The translations under genes were made by a program, and so were the position numbers. Source: an uncultured Spirochaetota bacterium (GTDB lineage Bacteria > Spirochaetota > Spirochaetia > SZUA-6 > Fen-1364). Taken from it: DNA of 64,000 nt. The first letter of the stretch is position 1; every line of letters begins with the position of its first letter. The stretch spans positions 1-64,000 of the forward strand of contig CAVTHO010000010.1 in the NCBI GenBank assembly GCA_963734545.1, written 5' to 3'. The notes beneath the pieces were generated by a model. The model saw only the letters and a list, made by a program, of their open reading frames with translations. It had not been told where the DNA came from and did no database searches. Below, in pieces: positions 61,992 to 64,000 of the stretch.

Positions 61992-64000
61992 ATGGGACAA
62001 AGTGCAGACACTGCTCCGCGGTCCCCCGCACATCCGTCACGGTATGCCATCAAGGCCCCCACAAACCTCTCCCCGCGCATCAGGGGGCTTCGCGACTTCT
62101 ACTTCCAGGGAGTGAACCGGGCGTGGAACAACGAGTTCACCTCCTGGACCACGGGCACGCCGTGGGATTTTCAGTTCAATGAGATCACGTTCTACATCGT
62201 ACCGGAGACCTACACGTTCTTCCCCACCTTCCGCGCGTCGTTTCGACAGGCGGCGCGCAGGGTCGACCTGGCGCCCGGCTTCTGGTCATGGAGCATTCCG
62301 GAGCGTCGGGCGTGGTTCGTGCGGGAGGTCATGACGAGATATCTTCCCTGCGAGCTCCTCCCGGGAGACCTGATTGCCGGAGCCCGGTTCAATCTCATGA
62401 CCTCGACCTGCATGACGCGCAGGGAAGCGGCGGCGTTCGACCGTCTGGTGGTGGGCAGGGGCGGCACGCGACGGTCTGTCCAGTGGCTGCATAACCATGG
62501 CTACGGAAATGCGGGAGCCACGAGCGGTCACCTGATCCCGGACTATCCGCGCGTCCTCAGCCGGGGCTGGAAGGACGTCTCGCGCGACATACAGGGAAAG
62601 CTCGACGCATTGTCTCCGCGGGAACGACGGGGCCCGAAAGGCGCCCAGCTTCGCGCCATGCGCACGTCGGCAGCCATGGCGCGCGACCTGGCGGCGCGCT
62701 ACGCCGCCCTCTGTGGAACACTCGCCGGGGAGACGGCGGACGGGACGCGCCGCCAGGAGCTCCTGGAGATGTCCCGCGCGCTTTCCCGGGTTCCCTGGGA
62801 ACCGGCAGACACCTTCTGGGAGGCGCTGCAATCTCTCTGGCTCACGCACATGCTGGTGATGAGCGACGAGAACTATCCCGGGCCGGGCGTCTCCTTCGGC
62901 CGGATGGACCAGTACCTCCTCCCGTACTGGGAGAGGTCGATTGCCCGAGGCATGGATCGCGAGGAGGGCAAGGAGATCCTCAAGTGCTTCTGGGTCCACT
63001 GCAACACGGCGTATGACGCAATGATCCGCACCGGCGCGCACCAGGGAATCACGGCAGGCTACGGCCAGCTCCTCTCCCTTTCCGGCATGGGACCCGGGGG
63101 GCAGGACGCGACCAACGACCTCACGTTCGCGATGCTCGAGGTGATCGATGAGATGTCCCCGATCCTGGAACCCAAGCCGAACATCCGTCTGCATCGTCAC
63201 TCCCCCGAGCCGCTCCTCGACAAGGTGGTGGACATGATCGCCGGCAGCCAGGGCGCGCCCTTCCTGCTCAACTTCGACGAGCGCTCCGTGGCAGGCATGC
63301 TCCTGGAGGCGCGATTGGCGGGCATCCAGCAGCCTGATCAACGAGGACAACGTGCACGACTATGCGTCGGTCGGCTGCCTGGAGAACACAATGGCCGGCA
63401 ACGACAGATCGGGCACGGTCGACGTCAACCTGAACCTCCTCAAGGCCGTGGAGCTTGCCTTGACCGGCGGGTACGACCTTGTTCCTTTCACCGATCCAAT
63501 GAGCGGCAGGACAGATGCCCGGGGCCGCCAGGGGCCGGACACGGGAGATCCCGCGGCATTCACCTCATTCGACGCGTTCTGGAACGCCTATGCGGCGCAG
63601 ACCCGGTTCATCATGCGACGGATCGTCGATCTGTACGAGTCGAGCGAGTCCGTCCGTGCCCGCTACCTTCCGACGCCGTATCTTTCGTGCCTCGTGCGCG
63701 GCTGCGCGGAGAAGGGTCTGGATGTCACCCAGGGAGGCGCCGAGATCGGCTTCGTGACCGTGGAAGCGGTCACCTATGCCACGACTGTGGACTCGCTTCT
63801 TGCGGTGAAATACCTCGTGTTCGATCGCAGGGTCTGCACGATGCCCGAGCTGGTTGCCGCGTTGAAAGACAACTGGGTGGGGCACGAGAAGCTGCAGGCG
63901 CTGGCGGTGAACAAGGCGCCCAAATACGGCCGGGACGACGACGAAGCCGATGCCATGGGCCGGCGGGTCATGGAAACGTGGACTGCGGAGACGTGGAAAC
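61992..64000 (+). CDS. Glycyl radical enzyme (PFL superfamily), 3'-truncated by the window, one frameshift near 63333; absent from the ORF track
   Basis: Manual translation from ATG 61992 (GGAGG RBS): GHLIPDY, PADTFWEALQSLW, SFGRMDQYL, DATNDLT, DYASVGCLEN Cys loop, APKYGRDDDEAD. Confidence 0.9.
   Translation, partial: MGQSADTAPRSPAHPSRYAIKAPTNLSPRIRGLRDFYFQGVNRAWNNEFTSWTTGTPWDFQFNEITFYIVPETYTFFPTFRASFRQAARRVDLAPGFWSWSIPERRAWFVREVMTRYLPCELLPGDLIAGARFNLMTSTCMTRREAAAFDRLVVGRGGTRRSVQWLHNHGYGNAGATSGHLIPDYPRVLSRGWKDVSRDIQGKLDALSPRERRGPKGAQLRAMRTSAAMARDLAARYAALCGTLAGETADGTRRQELLEMSRALSRVPWEPADTFWEALQSLWLTHMLVMSDENYPGPGVSFGRMDQYLLPYWERSIARGMDREEGKEILKCFWVHCNTAYDAMIRTGAHQGITAGYGQLLSLSGMGPGGQDATNDLTFAMLEVIDEMSPILEPKPNIRLHRHSPEPLLDKVVDMIAGSQGAPFLLNFDERSVAGMLLEARLAGIQQPDQRGQRARLCVGRLPGEHNGRQRQIGHGRRQPEPPQGRGACLDRRVRPCSFHRSNERQDRCPGPPGAGHGRSRGIHLIRRVLERLCGADPVHHATDRRSVRVERVRPCPLPSDAVSFVPRARLRGEGSGCHPGRRRDRLRDRGSGHLCHDCGLASCGEIPRVRSQGLHDARAGCRVERQLGGAREAAGAGGEQGAQIRPGRRRSRCHGPAGHGNVDCGDVE

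Noticed and set aside
62286-63350. 354-aa minus-strand ORF
   Set aside because: Antisense to the glycyl radical enzyme, which carries the real motifs
1-64000. CRISPR array, rRNA, tRNA, transposase or integrase, phage or defence genes
   Set aside because: No regularly spaced repeats or recognisable motifs seen; small RNAs could still be missed by eye

Overview
High-GC bacterial DNA, most consistent with a Spirochaetia-type genome (cheX-containing chemotaxis cluster, spirochaete-style signal peptides; taxonomy is inference). Many genes in two stretches (~0.2-2.4 kb and ~24.4-42.1 kb, plus isolated sites) are broken by 1-nt indels that look like long-read consensus errors. Content from left to right: ECF42-like sigma factor plus cellulase-like gene; DtxR/MntR-multicopper oxidase-ZIP metal operon with its own operator; a 1400-aa double-activase (BadF/BadG) protein; membrane LuxR regulator followed by a beta-barrel/LolA-like/ABC/2xFtsX envelope-export cassette; MarR-EmrB-two adaptors-TolC efflux operon; a ~24 kb minus-strand signalling island (MCP + hexaheme cytochrome c, three histidine kinases, an NtrC-type activator, two consensus sigma54 promoters, and a CheB-less che operon ending in REC-HD-GYP, CheW and a HEAT-repeat adenylate cyclase); a DUF5666 lipoprotein; a NiCo (czcD)-type metal riboswitch leading a second LolA-like/FtsX/ABC/beta-barrel cassette; a sugar ABC + SDR cluster divergent from an uncharacterised glycyl radical enzyme. 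Best candidates for undescribed systems are the metal-riboswitch-controlled Lol-like export cassette and the sigma54-driven chemosensory system with cAMP/c-di-GMP outputs. No CRISPR array, rRNA, tRNA or mobile element was recognised.
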